A DNA stretch of 64,000 bases from a virus (taxonomy: Duplodnaviria > Heunggongvirae > Uroviricota > Caudoviricetes), in IMG/VR virus record IMGVR_UViG_3300045988_003495; one strand, written 5' to 3'. Each line of letters begins with the position of its first letter. Position 1 is the stretch's first letter. The translations under genes were made by a program, and so were the position numbers. This document shows, piece by piece, positions 8,057 to 17,339 of this stretch. A model generated the notes under the pieces. The model did no database searches. It was not told where the DNA came from and saw nothing but the letters and a program-made list of their open reading frames with translations.

Positions 8057-9838
8057 ATGAGTAAGTCACTTTACGCAGTACCAGCAGGTCTTAATGCAGA
8101 TGCTTACAAGGCATCACATATATATCAGTATCCAGATGCTACGCAATATCTTATGTTGAACCTGACACCACGTAGCGACAAATGGTTTAACAGTCCATTA
8201 GCAATTGATGGTGTAGTCGCTTTTGGTATTCAACGTTTCGTTAAAGATTACTTGATAGACCACTGGAACGCCACTTTCTTTGAACGTGATAAAAAAGAAG
8301 CCATTGATGAAATCTTAGAAGTCATGAATGGTGTTCTGGGTAAAGATGCTATCGGTCGAGAGCATTGGGAAGCACTTCACGACTTAGGTTATCTACCAGT
8401 TGAAGTATACGCTGTAGAAGAAGGCACAGTTGTCCCTATGCGTGTCCCAATGATTGTCTTCCAGAACACTGTTTCAGGTTTCCATTGGGTAGCAGGTTAT
8501 CTGGAAGATGCTTTCTCTGCTGAGATTTGGAAGGCTTGCACTATTGCAACTATTGCATTGCATTACAAACGCATCTGTAAGAAGTGGGCTGACCTTACTT
8601 GTGACAACGACTTGCATCTGCCCTATCAGTGCCATGACTTTGCTATGCGTGGTATGTCAGGCTTTACTGATGACGCATTTAATGCTGTAGGTCACTTAAC
8701 CAGCTTTAAAGGAACTGACAGCTTCCCTGCTGTATACACGGCTAAACGCATCTATGGGCAGTCTTACCCAATCTCTGATATTGGTAGTTCTGTACCAGCC
8801 ACTGAACACTCTGTAATGTGTGCAAACATTGCTTGGGAAGGTGGTAATGAATTGATTGAAGATGAAAGACGCTTTAAAGGTGAGTTACAAACCTTCCGTC
8901 GTTTTTTAACAGAAACTTACCCAACTGGTATTGCAAGTATTGTTTCAGATACTTATAACTTCTGGAGAACTGTGTCAGAAATCTTACCAGCACTCCGTAA
9001 AGAAATTATGGAACGTGATGGCAAACTGGTAATTCGCCCTGACTCTGGAGACCCTGTACATATTGTCACAGGTTATAAAGCAATCCACTTAGAATGTGCT
9101 AAGAAGGCTTATTATGAGCACCTTAGTAAGCTGGAAGCCAGCGACACAATGTTGAATGCTGTTCTGAATATGAAGCTTGAAAACATCAGCTATGGTATTG
9201 CTGGATGGCTACTGTCAGAAGGCTACGAAATGGTTGTTGACAGAGAAGACTTTGAAGTTGCTGATACAGTGATGTTGAAGAACGCTTATATGGTTGGTTC
9301 TGCAAACGTTGTAACACGCCCTGTAGCAGAGATTGATGGGGCTATTAAGACCCTGTATAACATCTTCGGAGGGACTATCAACTCCAAAGGCTTTAAGGTA
9401 CTGGATGAGCATATCGGGCTTATCTATGGCGACTCTATCACGCTGGAACGTGCAAACGAAATCCTGAAGCGTCTGTATGAAATGGGTTTTGCAAGCTCTA
9501 ACGTAGTGTTTGGTGTAGGCTCTTACACTTACCAGTACATGACTCGTGACACCTTTGCATTTGCTGTCAAAGCAACTCTTGCAAGCATTGGTGGTAAAGA
9601 GATTATGCTTGCAAAAGACCCTAAAACAGATAGTGGTGTTAAGAAATCTGCCTTTGGTGGTGTAGCACCTATGTGGGATGGTGATAAGCTGAAAGCTGTA
9701 GATGGCTATGGATTCCAGAGCTTTGCAGATGCACTTGAACATCCAGCTTGTGCTCTACGCTTAGTCTTTAGTGATTCTGAGCAGTATGGTTACACATCTC
9801 TTGGTGATATTCGAAATAATATTGACAAGCAGCTTTAA
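8057..9838 (+). CDS. nadV: nicotinamide phosphoribosyltransferase (NadV/NAMPT) homologue
   Basis: 593 aa; N-terminal region and central motifs look NAMPT-like (HDFAMRGMSGFTDD, GTDSFPA), read by eye without a search. Confidence 0.75.
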   Translation: MSKSLYAVPAGLNADAYKASHIYQYPDATQYLMLNLTPRSDKWFNSPLAIDGVVAFGIQRFVKDYLIDHWNATFFERDKKEAIDEILEVMNGVLGKDAIGREHWEALHDLGYLPVEVYAVEEGTVVPMRVPMIVFQNTVSGFHWVAGYLEDAFSAEIWKACTIATIALHYKRICKKWADLTCDNDLHLPYQCHDFAMRGMSGFTDDAFNAVGHLTSFKGTDSFPAVYTAKRIYGQSYPISDIGSSVPATEHSVMCANIAWEGGNELIEDERRFKGELQTFRRFLTETYPTGIASIVSDTYNFWRTVSEILPALRKEIMERDGKLVIRPDSGDPVHIVTGYKAIHLECAKKAYYEHLSKLEASDTMLNAVLNMKLENISYGIAGWLLSEGYEMVVDREDFEVADTVMLKNAYMVGSANVVTRPVAEIDGAIKTLYNIFGGTINSKGFKVLDEHIGLIYGDSITLERANEILKRLYEMGFASSNVVFGVGSYTYQYMTRDTFAFAVKATLASIGGKEIMLAKDPKTDSGVKKSAFGGVAPMWDGDKLKAVDGYGFQSFADALEHPACALRLVFSDSEQYGYTSLGDIRNNIDKQL

Positions 9839-9852
9839 AAGTATATGATAAG

Positions 9853-9875
9853 AGGCTCCTACGGGAGCCTTTTTA
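9853..9875 (+). terminator. intrinsic terminator
   Basis: ggctcc-tacg-ggagcc followed by ttttt, just after the nadV-like gene. Confidence 0.6.
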
Positions 9876-9891
9876 ATTTCTGGAGAAGACT

Positions 9892-10227
9892 ATGAAAATC
9901 AAAGAAATGAACATCAACATTGTCTTAGAAGAACGTTGGGAGAACATCAAGAAGTCTGAAGATGGTCATAAGTTCCTCAACAAAATTTTAGTAGCAGCTA
10001 AAGAAGAACTGACTGGAAAGGTTGCAGCAGCAATCACAATAAAGGTTTGTGTAAAAGGTCTTCCACAACATCACCAGTTTGCTCTTGACGAGTTTAAAGA
10101 AAGCTTCTACAATCCAAACAAACAGATGCTTGAAAGTAACTTTGCAGTATCTACAAGCATCGTTCATGACAGAAGCTTTATCCTTTACAAAAACATGAGA
10201 GGTGAGTCATGCAAGCATATTGGATAG
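9892..10227 (+). CDS. hypothetical protein
   Basis: 111 aa ORF. Confidence 0.4.
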   Translation: MKIKEMNINIVLEERWENIKKSEDGHKFLNKILVAAKEELTGKVAAAITIKVCVKGLPQHHQFALDEFKESFYNPNKQMLESNFAVSTSIVHDRSFILYKNMRGESCKHIG

Positions 10228-10385
10228 AAATTTTACTGTCACTTGGTAGTGTAGCAATATTTGTTTGCCTTCTTTGTAAGTACTTTGCAGAACACAAAAA
10301 GTGTGACTACTGTAGCGGAGAAGGGTATACAAGAGCAGGTTGTTGCCCTATGTGTGGTGGTTCTGGTAAAATGTTTAATAAGTAA
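10209..10385 (+). CDS. small membrane protein with CxxCxGxG zinc-ribbon (below the 60 aa track cut-off)
   Basis: 58 aa read manually: MQAYWIEILLSLGSVAIFVCLLCKYFAEHKKCDYCSGEGYTRAGCCPMCGGSGKMFNK; start overlaps upstream gene end with RBS gagaggtgag. Confidence 0.35.
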   Translation: MQAYWIEILLSLGSVAIFVCLLCKYFAEHKKCDYCSGEGYTRAGCCPMCGGSGKMFNK

Positions 10386-10413
10386 TTTAACAGTAAACTG
10401 AGAGGAAAGTATT

Positions 10414-12780
10414 ATGCGCATGGTAAACGACCACGCAGAAGTGATTAAAAGTTCAACTTCTTTAGAGACGTCTCAAGCACAGATTACAATGACACCTGAG
10501 ATGTTCAGCCTTTTGAGTTCTGGTGTATATACCTTTAAAGAAAGGGCAGTGATTCGTGAACTGTCATGTAACGCAGTAGATGCTCAGAAAGAAGCTGGAA
10601 AAGAGAACATCCCATTCCATGTGCATTTACCTACTCGTTTTGAGCCTTACTTCGAAGTTCGTGATTTTGGAACTGGATTGACTCATGATAAAGTTATGAG
10701 TTTGTACCTAAACTATGGAGCTTCTACGAAGAATGACTCTAATGACTACATTGGTGCAATGGGTATCGGCTCAAAGTCACCATTTGCAATTGCTCAGTCA
10801 TTCACAGTATCTAGTTATGTTGACGGTGTTGTTAATAAGTACTCTGTTTATCTTGAGAATGGTATCCCTCAAGTAACTAAGCTGACAACTAACCAAACAA
10901 AAGAACCTAATGGTTTAGCTGTACGTGTGGCAGTTGCTGACCACCGTATCTCAAAGTTCTTTGAAGAAGCTGGGAATGTGTACTCATACTTCACTGTAAA
11001 ACCAGAAAGTAATATTGAGTACGACGATGTATTAGCAGATATGAACGTAATTGCCCGTGAAGAAGGTGTTTATGATGCCATGATTCATAAGCACAGCTGG
11101 CGTTCTAGTGATAACAGGACAGAGTTTAATGTGGTGATGGGTAACATTGCCTATCCAGTGAACATGGAAGCGTTACTTGGTGATGATTTCTTCAAAGTCT
11201 TGCCAGAGTTTTTCCGTAGGAGCGTAGACCTTGTAAACATCTACATGCCTATTGGTTCAGTTGCTATTGCAGCTTCTCGTGAAGCATTGCAGATGAATGA
11301 CACGACAAAAAATGTTATCATTGAGGCTACTAAAAAGATAACTGAAGCCATTACAAAGGATGTTATCAAGAAAGTTAATAGCCAACCTACACTCATGGAT
11401 GCTGCACAGGCTTATGCTGAGTTACGTTTGAACTCACGAGAGATGTTTAATGCTGTGTGTCCAAAGCTAGAGTGGGGTGGCGTTAAGCTTGATTCTCTGG
11501 AAGAAGAATTGCTAAACATTCGTCGTGGAATTATCTACGCAGAAGACGGCTCAGTCATTTACGAACGTGACGGTAAAGGTAATATTAAGGTTGATAGGAA
11601 CGGGAACAATATCCCTAAAGTAGATTATCTTTATGACCCAGTTGCTTATGTCAAGTTTAACTCTTTAGAGAGTAAGATTCGTGCAACAGCACTATCCTAC
11701 ACTCAAGAGGCGAGCATGTTCAACATCTTTGGTGCAATGCGCAAAAGCCAGATTGGACAGTTTTTGTTCGTGATTAATGACCGTCGAAATAAAAATGGCA
11801 CTGAGAAGACTGTTGGGCGTAACCAAATCTTGCGTGGTGCATGTCGAGACTATGCAAGTGAGTCTAGTCTGTTTCACAGATACAATGGTATTGTCTTTGT
11901 ATTCTCGACTGAAAAAGAGTTAGATGACTTAATCAATCTGCACAAACTTGATAAAAGTTTGTTAAAGATTGTGAAAATGTCTGATAAGGAGCACCATTAC
12001 CAGCGTAAAGAAGCTGTAAGAGGTGTTGTAAAACTCTGGAAAGCTGTCCCAGAAGAAGGTGTAGCTTCCTATAAAGAGGTTTCAGAAGACTTTGATACAA
12101 TTGAAGAGCCTCAGCTTTACATTAAGGCAGTTGGTGACACAGTTGATGGCGAATGTTTTTGCTCATCTCCAGAAGATGTAGCCAAGTCAGTTGCTAATGT
12201 TACAGGGAAGACAGTCTATGTTTTCCGAAAAGCAAATTGGAAAAAGATACCAGAAGACTGGATTGAAGTAGATGAGAAACTCTTGAACGATAGCTTAACT
12301 GATGTTCATTGGATTAATCATAACAGGTATATGACACGTATCTATATGAATGGTGTCCTTGACCTTACAAGCAGTTGGATTATTGCCAGAAACTTTACGT
12401 TCAATAACAGGAAGATTTCTCGTGGCTATTGCTATTCACTGGATACAAACAAAACTATCTTCCTAGAAGGTAATGAAGAGGCTGTAGAGGCAATGTTTGG
12501 TAAAATCCAGTATGTTGCTGCACCATTTGCATACACTTACACTATTAGTGTGTTGAAAACTTTGAAAGATTGTCTTGACAACGATACAAAGCTTTACAAG
12601 AAAATTAAGAAAGCTGGTGACCGTATGGTTATTAAGGTGACAAACTACCTTTCAAAAAGAAAACAAGAAAACTTCTTGCTTTCCCATTTAGATTGGAATA
12701 AAGTGTCACCCATCGAAGTGAGTAAGTTCTTAGGTTTTGATGTGAAGTGTGTTCCAGAAGGGACTACAATTTACGATTAA
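10414..12780 (+). CDS. rIIA: rIIA-like protein (GHKL ATPase-like N-terminus)
   Basis: 788 aa; Bergerat-fold-like motifs (RELSCNAVDA, VRDFGTGL, GAMGIGSKS); followed by a second large ORF as in rIIA/rIIB pairs. Confidence 0.55.
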   Translation: MRMVNDHAEVIKSSTSLETSQAQITMTPEMFSLLSSGVYTFKERAVIRELSCNAVDAQKEAGKENIPFHVHLPTRFEPYFEVRDFGTGLTHDKVMSLYLNYGASTKNDSNDYIGAMGIGSKSPFAIAQSFTVSSYVDGVVNKYSVYLENGIPQVTKLTTNQTKEPNGLAVRVAVADHRISKFFEEAGNVYSYFTVKPESNIEYDDVLADMNVIAREEGVYDAMIHKHSWRSSDNRTEFNVVMGNIAYPVNMEALLGDDFFKVLPEFFRRSVDLVNIYMPIGSVAIAASREALQMNDTTKNVIIEATKKITEAITKDVIKKVNSQPTLMDAAQAYAELRLNSREMFNAVCPKLEWGGVKLDSLEEELLNIRRGIIYAEDGSVIYERDGKGNIKVDRNGNNIPKVDYLYDPVAYVKFNSLESKIRATALSYTQEASMFNIFGAMRKSQIGQFLFVINDRRNKNGTEKTVGRNQILRGACRDYASESSLFHRYNGIVFVFSTEKELDDLINLHKLDKSLLKIVKMSDKEHHYQRKEAVRGVVKLWKAVPEEGVASYKEVSEDFDTIEEPQLYIKAVGDTVDGECFCSSPEDVAKSVANVTGKTVYVFRKANWKKIPEDWIEVDEKLLNDSLTDVHWINHNRYMTRIYMNGVLDLTSSWIIARNFTFNNRKISRGYCYSLDTNKTIFLEGNEEAVEAMFGKIQYVAAPFAYTYTISVLKTLKDCLDNDTKLYKKIKKAGDRMVIKVTNYLSKRKQENFLLSHLDWNKVSPIEVSKFLGFDVKCVPEGTTIYD

Positions 12781-12786
12781 AACGTT

Positions 12787-12815
12787 TGACAAGGGGCTTT
12801 GAAGCCCCTTAGAAT
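12787..12815 (+). promoter_or_regulatory. sigma70-like promoter with hairpin in spacer (or terminator/promoter overlap)
   Basis: TTGACA, 17-nt spacer aggggctttgaagcccc (dyad), then TTAGAAT. Confidence 0.35.
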
Positions 12816-12859
12816 ATCCTCACAAAATGATTTATTAACTAACAAGAGAGAGTAATAAG

Positions 12860-13969
12860 ATGACTACTAAAACTAAAGCACAGATTGACGCAGAAATTTA
12901 CAAACTGGTTAAAGAAGGTAAGCTGACTAAAACAGCTATTGCACAGAAATTTAATACTTCAACCCGTTCAGTCGGTCGTGCTGTAGAGCGTCATGAAGCA
13001 ACATTAAAAGGGAATAAGAAGGTAACTTCTACACCAGCTACGAAGACTTTGAAGCAAGTTGCTAAGACCTTTAAAAAGAAAGCTGACAAACCAGTTGAAA
13101 AGGTTGTTAAAGATTCTGTACAGAAAGCTCCAGTAAATAAACTGCACGAAGCTATGCAGAAAGATGACAAGATTGAGTACATGATTACTGGTGACTCTGT
13201 AATTATGACTTACGGTTCAGAATCTGAAATTGTTGAGTCTACTCATCCGAACTATCAAGAGATTGTAGTTCATGTTGTGAAAGGTGAGTTCAAGAAAGCC
13301 TTTGAACTGATGAACATTCGTAAGTCTATCGAAAACTTCACGCAGGGAGCTATCACAATCAAAGGTGATAAGCTATTCTACGGTGCTGTTGAGATGCGTT
13401 CTACTCTGGTTGACCGTATACTTCACATGATGAAGACTGGTGATAAAGGTTTTGAACGACTTGTAATGTTCTTCGAAAAACTGATGGAAAACCCATCTAA
13501 AGATTCTGTAGAACAACTTTGGGGATTCATATCTCACCTTGATGTTGAAATTGATGAAGAAGGCTACATCATTGGTTGGAAGAAAGTCTCTACTCGTGAA
13601 GGCAAGCTGGTTGACTCCCGCACCTGCAAAGTACCTAATGATTTGGGTAACATTGTAGAAATGCCACGTTGGATGGTTGATAATAACCGTAACGTGACTT
13701 GCTCTCAAGGTCTTCACGTTGGTGCTTGGGATTATGTTCGTTACTTCTCAGGTGATACAATTCTGAAGGTTCGTGTCCATCCACGAGACGTTGTATCCGT
13801 ACCAACTGATTACAACGATATGAAGATGCGCTCGTCTCGTTATGAAGTTGCAGCAATCGTTGATAATCAACGTAAAGTACTGAAAGCATGGGATGGCAAG
13901 ACTGAAGCTTTGCATGTCATCGTTGGCACTGCTGGTGAACTTATCTCTCAGCGTAAACGTGAAATCTAA
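12860..13969 (+). CDS. rIIB-like protein (assigned by position and size)
   Basis: 369 aa ORF directly after the rIIA-like gene; no motif recognised by eye. Confidence 0.4.
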   Translation: MTTKTKAQIDAEIYKLVKEGKLTKTAIAQKFNTSTRSVGRAVERHEATLKGNKKVTSTPATKTLKQVAKTFKKKADKPVEKVVKDSVQKAPVNKLHEAMQKDDKIEYMITGDSVIMTYGSESEIVESTHPNYQEIVVHVVKGEFKKAFELMNIRKSIENFTQGAITIKGDKLFYGAVEMRSTLVDRILHMMKTGDKGFERLVMFFEKLMENPSKDSVEQLWGFISHLDVEIDEEGYIIGWKKVSTREGKLVDSRTCKVPNDLGNIVEMPRWMVDNNRNVTCSQGLHVGAWDYVRYFSGDTILKVRVHPRDVVSVPTDYNDMKMRSSRYEVAAIVDNQRKVLKAWDGKTEALHVIVGTAGELISQRKREI

Positions 13970-13985
13970 TAAGTAATTTCTTAAA

Positions 13986-14010
13986 AGGCTGCTTCGGCGG
14001 CCTTTTTTAT
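13986..14010 (+). terminator. intrinsic terminator
   Basis: ggctgc-ttcg-gcggcc stem followed by tttttt. Confidence 0.55.
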
Positions 14011-14038
14011 TTGTATTTTGTGCAGAGTGCTGTATAAT
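14011..14038 (+). promoter_or_regulatory. sigma70-like promoter
   Basis: TTGTAT, 16-nt spacer, perfect TATAAT at 14033-14038; spacer contains GTGCAG. Confidence 0.45.
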
Positions 14039-14069
14039 TGTTGTCACGATAAACTAAACAGGAGAACCA

Positions 14070-14618
14070 ATGAAGAAATTGATTCTAGGTTTGTGCTTAA
14101 TGTTTACAGCACACTTATCTTATGCAGTTGACTGCCCAGAGCTATCAATTAGCCAAAAAGTAAACATGTTAAAAGCTTACCAGTATGGTGAGAACAACAT
14201 GGGTAAAGGTTGGGGTATCACTCTAGCTGCTATAGCCTTACAAGAGTCAGAGTTAGGTCTGAAGGTAGAGAATAAAAAGACACATGATTATGGTATTTTC
14301 CAGAATCACTTGAAGACTGTTGTAAAGCGTAACAAAATTAGTCCTAATGTGGCTAAAAAGAAACTCTTAAAAGACTTTAACTATGCTGCGAAGGAAACTC
14401 ACAAAGAGCTTGAGTTTTGGACAAAGGTGCATGGTCAGCCAAAGTCAAAGAAGACTTTACAAAAAGTTTTAGCATCATATAATGCTGGGTATTCGTACAA
14501 AATCCCTAAAGCTAAGAAATATTCTCAAGATGTCTATAACAACATGAAAGTCATTGCTCAATGTGAATTTGCAACAAACATTTCTAAGGTAAACCATGAA
14601 AAAATTAAAAAAGTCTGA
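14070..14618 (+). CDS. secreted protein, possible lytic transglycosylase-like
   Basis: 182 aa; N-terminal signal peptide MKKLILGLCLMFTAHLSYA; IALQESELG...DYGIFQ resembles an SLT catalytic region (weak). Confidence 0.4.
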   Translation: MKKLILGLCLMFTAHLSYAVDCPELSISQKVNMLKAYQYGENNMGKGWGITLAAIALQESELGLKVENKKTHDYGIFQNHLKTVVKRNKISPNVAKKKLLKDFNYAAKETHKELEFWTKVHGQPKSKKTLQKVLASYNAGYSYKIPKAKKYSQDVYNNMKVIAQCEFATNISKVNHEKIKKV

Positions 14619-15291
14619 TGAAGTACTGTGTCATGCTTACGACTTACATCCTCATGAGTTAGGTCTTGATTCCTGTGTATGGACTCCAGAACAGTGTAGG
14701 GATTTTGAAGACACTGCAAGAGAAGTTGTATGTTCACTCGAAGAGTTCCACACATCAGAGCCAATTGTGAATGTTGTAGATAAAGAGACTGGACAAACTA
14801 TAGGTGTAAGTCGTGATAGCTTAGTCATAGTCAATAAAGACCTTGTAGAAAAAGGTAACCTCATCTTAGCAGATATTGATGGTGTTCTTACAAATTTTAA
14901 TCACGAAGATTGCTCAACGGAATTGACTGATGGGTCATTCTCACAGTACACTAATCTTCTTGACTCTGTAAGAGCAAAACCAACGTATGTCTTTAGTATT
15001 ATTGATGCAATTGCTAATCATGCTGCCATTGGACTCTTGACAGCGAGAGGTGAATCTCAGAGAATACCTACTGAGATGTTTTTAAGGCACAACATAGAGC
15101 ATGACTACATGCTTTTTATGCGTGGTTTTGGAACTAACTCTATAAGTGCAGAAAGTTTGAAAGTGAGGATGATTCAGTCTTGCATCCTGCCTTACTTTAA
15201 TATAGTATGTTTTATAGAAGACACAGAGAAGAATGTGCAGAAGGTGAACAGAATCCTTCCACACATTAAAACCATGTTAGTTAAACATTGA
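14596..15291 (+). CDS. HAD-superfamily phosphatase-like protein
   Basis: 231 aa; motif I-like DIDGVLT, then GLLTARGE and FIEDTEKN consistent with HAD motifs II-IV; could be a nucleotidase or 3'-phosphatase. Confidence 0.35.
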   Translation: MKKLKKSDEVLCHAYDLHPHELGLDSCVWTPEQCRDFEDTAREVVCSLEEFHTSEPIVNVVDKETGQTIGVSRDSLVIVNKDLVEKGNLILADIDGVLTNFNHEDCSTELTDGSFSQYTNLLDSVRAKPTYVFSIIDAIANHAAIGLLTARGESQRIPTEMFLRHNIEHDYMLFMRGFGTNSISAESLKVRMIQSCILPYFNIVCFIEDTEKNVQKVNRILPHIKTMLVKH

Positions 15292-15301
15292 GAGAAAACT
15301 T

Positions 15302-15766
15302 ATGAACAATATCATTACGGTAGCACTGGACGATACGGTAAACAAATCTGCAATAGTTCGTAAAATGATTCAAGGTAACTTTGAAGGTAAAATTTTTCGT
15401 GCTGTTAATGTAAAAGCTGATGGCAGCATTCGTGAATATCGTGCATTATTGAATGTTAAAAAACACGTAAAAGGTGCTGGTTCAACTACTGCACACAAAG
15501 AAAACCTGATGACTATCTATGATATGGGCAAGGCTTCAGAGTTAGGTGCTGAAGGTATCGTTAAAGAAGGTGCTCCGTATCGCTCTTTCAATCTGGAAAC
15601 TACTCTTATGCTTTCCTTTACAAGTGGTTCTAAAACAATCACTTATCTCTTTACTGATGCTGCAACGGTATCTGCTATTAAGGATAGCACTGTCAAAGCT
15701 GGCGTAGTTGCTGCTGCAAAAGCTTCTTCGATGGCTGCGAATATCCTTGCTAAAGTCCTCGGTTAA
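15302..15766 (+). CDS. hypothetical protein
   Basis: 154 aa; followed by a strong terminator. Confidence 0.45.
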   Translation: MNNIITVALDDTVNKSAIVRKMIQGNFEGKIFRAVNVKADGSIREYRALLNVKKHVKGAGSTTAHKENLMTIYDMGKASELGAEGIVKEGAPYRSFNLETTLMLSFTSGSKTITYLFTDAATVSAIKDSTVKAGVVAAAKASSMAANILAKVLG

Positions 15767-15777
15767 GGTTAAGATAC

Positions 15778-15802
15778 AGGCTCCTTCGGGAGCCTTTTTC
15801 AT
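15778..15802 (+). terminator. intrinsic terminator
   Basis: ggctcc-ttcg-ggagcc followed by ttttt. Confidence 0.6.
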
Positions 15803-15818
15803 TTTAGGAGATTGTTAA

Positions 15819-16166
15819 ATGACATTTAAAGAGTTCTGTCAAGCTACTTTCATAATTGTTTTCTTAGTTGGTGCAGGTGTCTGGGGAGGATACTCTTACA
15901 GAGACTATCAAGTTGCTGAAACTGAGCTAAATAATGAGAAACTAATAAGTGTTGCTAAAGATGCTTATCAGGAAGGTTTAGCCACACTCAGCACCAATTA
16001 CAAAAATGATTTGAAAGATGTGCTTGCTAAGAATAAGCATACAAAAGAGGTACTAACATATGAAAAAACTAAGCCAGAGTTTTATAATGTTTGTGTTACT
16101 GATAATTATGTCAGGGTGTTCAACGAACAAAGTGAACAGTACATTCAAAAACTCCCAAGTAAGTGA
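15819..16166 (+). CDS. i-spanin (Rz)-like protein: N-terminal TM anchor plus periplasmic helical domain
   Basis: 115 aa; single N-terminal TM (FIIVFLVGAGVWGGY), remainder predicted helical/charged. Confidence 0.35.
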   Translation: MTFKEFCQATFIIVFLVGAGVWGGYSYRDYQVAETELNNEKLISVAKDAYQEGLATLSTNYKNDLKDVLAKNKHTKEVLTYEKTKPEFYNVCVTDNYVRVFNEQSEQYIQKLPSK

Positions 16167-16329
16167 GAGTGACAAGTACACCCAAGAAGAATCACGGTAT
16201 ATCATCAAAGGCAACACAGGCAGCGATGTAGCAGCAGCCCTTGAGTTCTATCGTGACGGCTTTTACCAGTGCACAATCAAAGCTAACAACCTTATTGACA
16301 TGATTTTATTAGGGAATAAGCAGCAATGA
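16060..16329 (+). CDS. o-spanin (Rz1)-like lipoprotein, out of frame within the 3' end of the upstream gene
   Basis: 89 aa; lipoprotein signal with lipobox (LLIIMSGCS); overlaps 15819-16166 by about 107 nt in another frame. Confidence 0.35.
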   Translation: MKKLSQSFIMFVLLIIMSGCSTNKVNSTFKNSQVSESDKYTQEESRYIIKGNTGSDVAAALEFYRDGFYQCTIKANNLIDMILLGNKQQ

Positions 16330-16595
16330 CAGAGAATCAAGATACTTTTTACGTAGAAGGGTACTTACTGTTACCACGACCAAAAGAGACTTATATGCGA
16401 ATTGATTTCTCACCAACCATTATGGATAATGTGATGTGCCATATCTTTATGCAAGGTGTCACAGCACAGCTTAAACATGTTGGTAAAGAGTGCAAAATAA
16501 AGGTTGACACTCATCCAGAAATCAAAGAGAATCACTACACATGGTTCTTACCAGATTCTAAAGAAATCTTAGCAGTTCTAAAAACGAGGAAGTAA
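16326..16595 (+). CDS. hypothetical protein
   Basis: 89 aa ORF, ATGA-coupled. Confidence 0.4.
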   Translation: MTENQDTFYVEGYLLLPRPKETYMRIDFSPTIMDNVMCHIFMQGVTAQLKHVGKECKIKVDTHPEIKENHYTWFLPDSKEILAVLKTRK

Positions 16596-16597
16596 CT

Positions 16598-16921
16598 ATG
16601 CAGATTAATGGAAGAGAATTTGTAGCCGTTTACTACGAGAAGGATAAAGAGGTTGGTGTAGCACAAGTAACCTACGGCAACGGTAAGTGGTTATATGGAA
16701 CAATAGCAGTAGTAGGGACAAGGAGTGATACAAAAACCTTTAAAGATTGTGTTGACCTTCTTGAAGAATCCATCCAGAATCATTGGTGTCTGATATGGAT
16801 GACTGACAACGAAGTGATGGAGCGTTTCAAAAAGATTGATATCAACATTGACAGTATTGAGCATGTTGATTTATATGAACTGACCGAAAAGGTAAACTAT
16901 GAAAGCTATAGAGGTAATTGA
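16598..16921 (+). CDS. hypothetical protein
   Basis: 107 aa ORF. Confidence 0.4.
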   Translation: MQINGREFVAVYYEKDKEVGVAQVTYGNGKWLYGTIAVVGTRSDTKTFKDCVDLLEESIQNHWCLIWMTDNEVMERFKKIDINIDSIEHVDLYELTEKVNYESYRGN

Positions 16922-17126
16922 CAAAGATACTGGAGAAGTCACGTCAGCATGTGTTTTCGTGAGTCACGACACAGTGATACCATTTTACAGCCTCGACAGT
17001 TTTAGTTTTACAGGGACAACTCCAGAGGAATACTTTGAAGACCTCACCTTTGCCAGAATTTCCATAAACACATTCTATAAATGCTTCTATGATGAAGGTA
17101 AAGAATTACGAGAAACTGAACTATAA
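16899..17126 (+). CDS. hypothetical protein
   Basis: 75 aa ORF. Confidence 0.35.
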   Translation: MKAIEVIDKDTGEVTSACVFVSHDTVIPFYSLDSFSFTGTTPEEYFEDLTFARISINTFYKCFYDEGKELRETEL

Positions 17127-17138
17127 GGTATATATTAT

Positions 17139-17339
17139 ATGGCTGACTTCTGCAAAGACTGTTCTATCGAAATGTTCGGACGTGATACAGGTGACTTAAA
17201 AGGTCTCGTCACTGAAGATGACTTTAAAGCTGGTTATGCGATTCCAGTAATCTGTGAAGGCTGTGGGTGTATCTGGGTAGACCACGAAGGGCAACGTGTA
17301 AAGCCTTCAGAAGATAAAGAATCTTGGGAGAGATGTTAA
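17139..17339 (+). CDS. small Cys-rich (zinc-binding?) protein
   Basis: 66 aa; CKDC...CEGCGC cysteine pairs. Confidence 0.35.
   Translation: MADFCKDCSIEMFGRDTGDLKGLVTEDDFKAGYAIPVICEGCGCIWVDHEGQRVKPSEDKESWERC

Noticed and set aside
9215-9742. Minus-strand 175-aa ORF inside the nadV-like gene
   Set aside because: Antisense to a motif-supported coding region; Cys-rich low-complexity translation typical of shadow ORFs.
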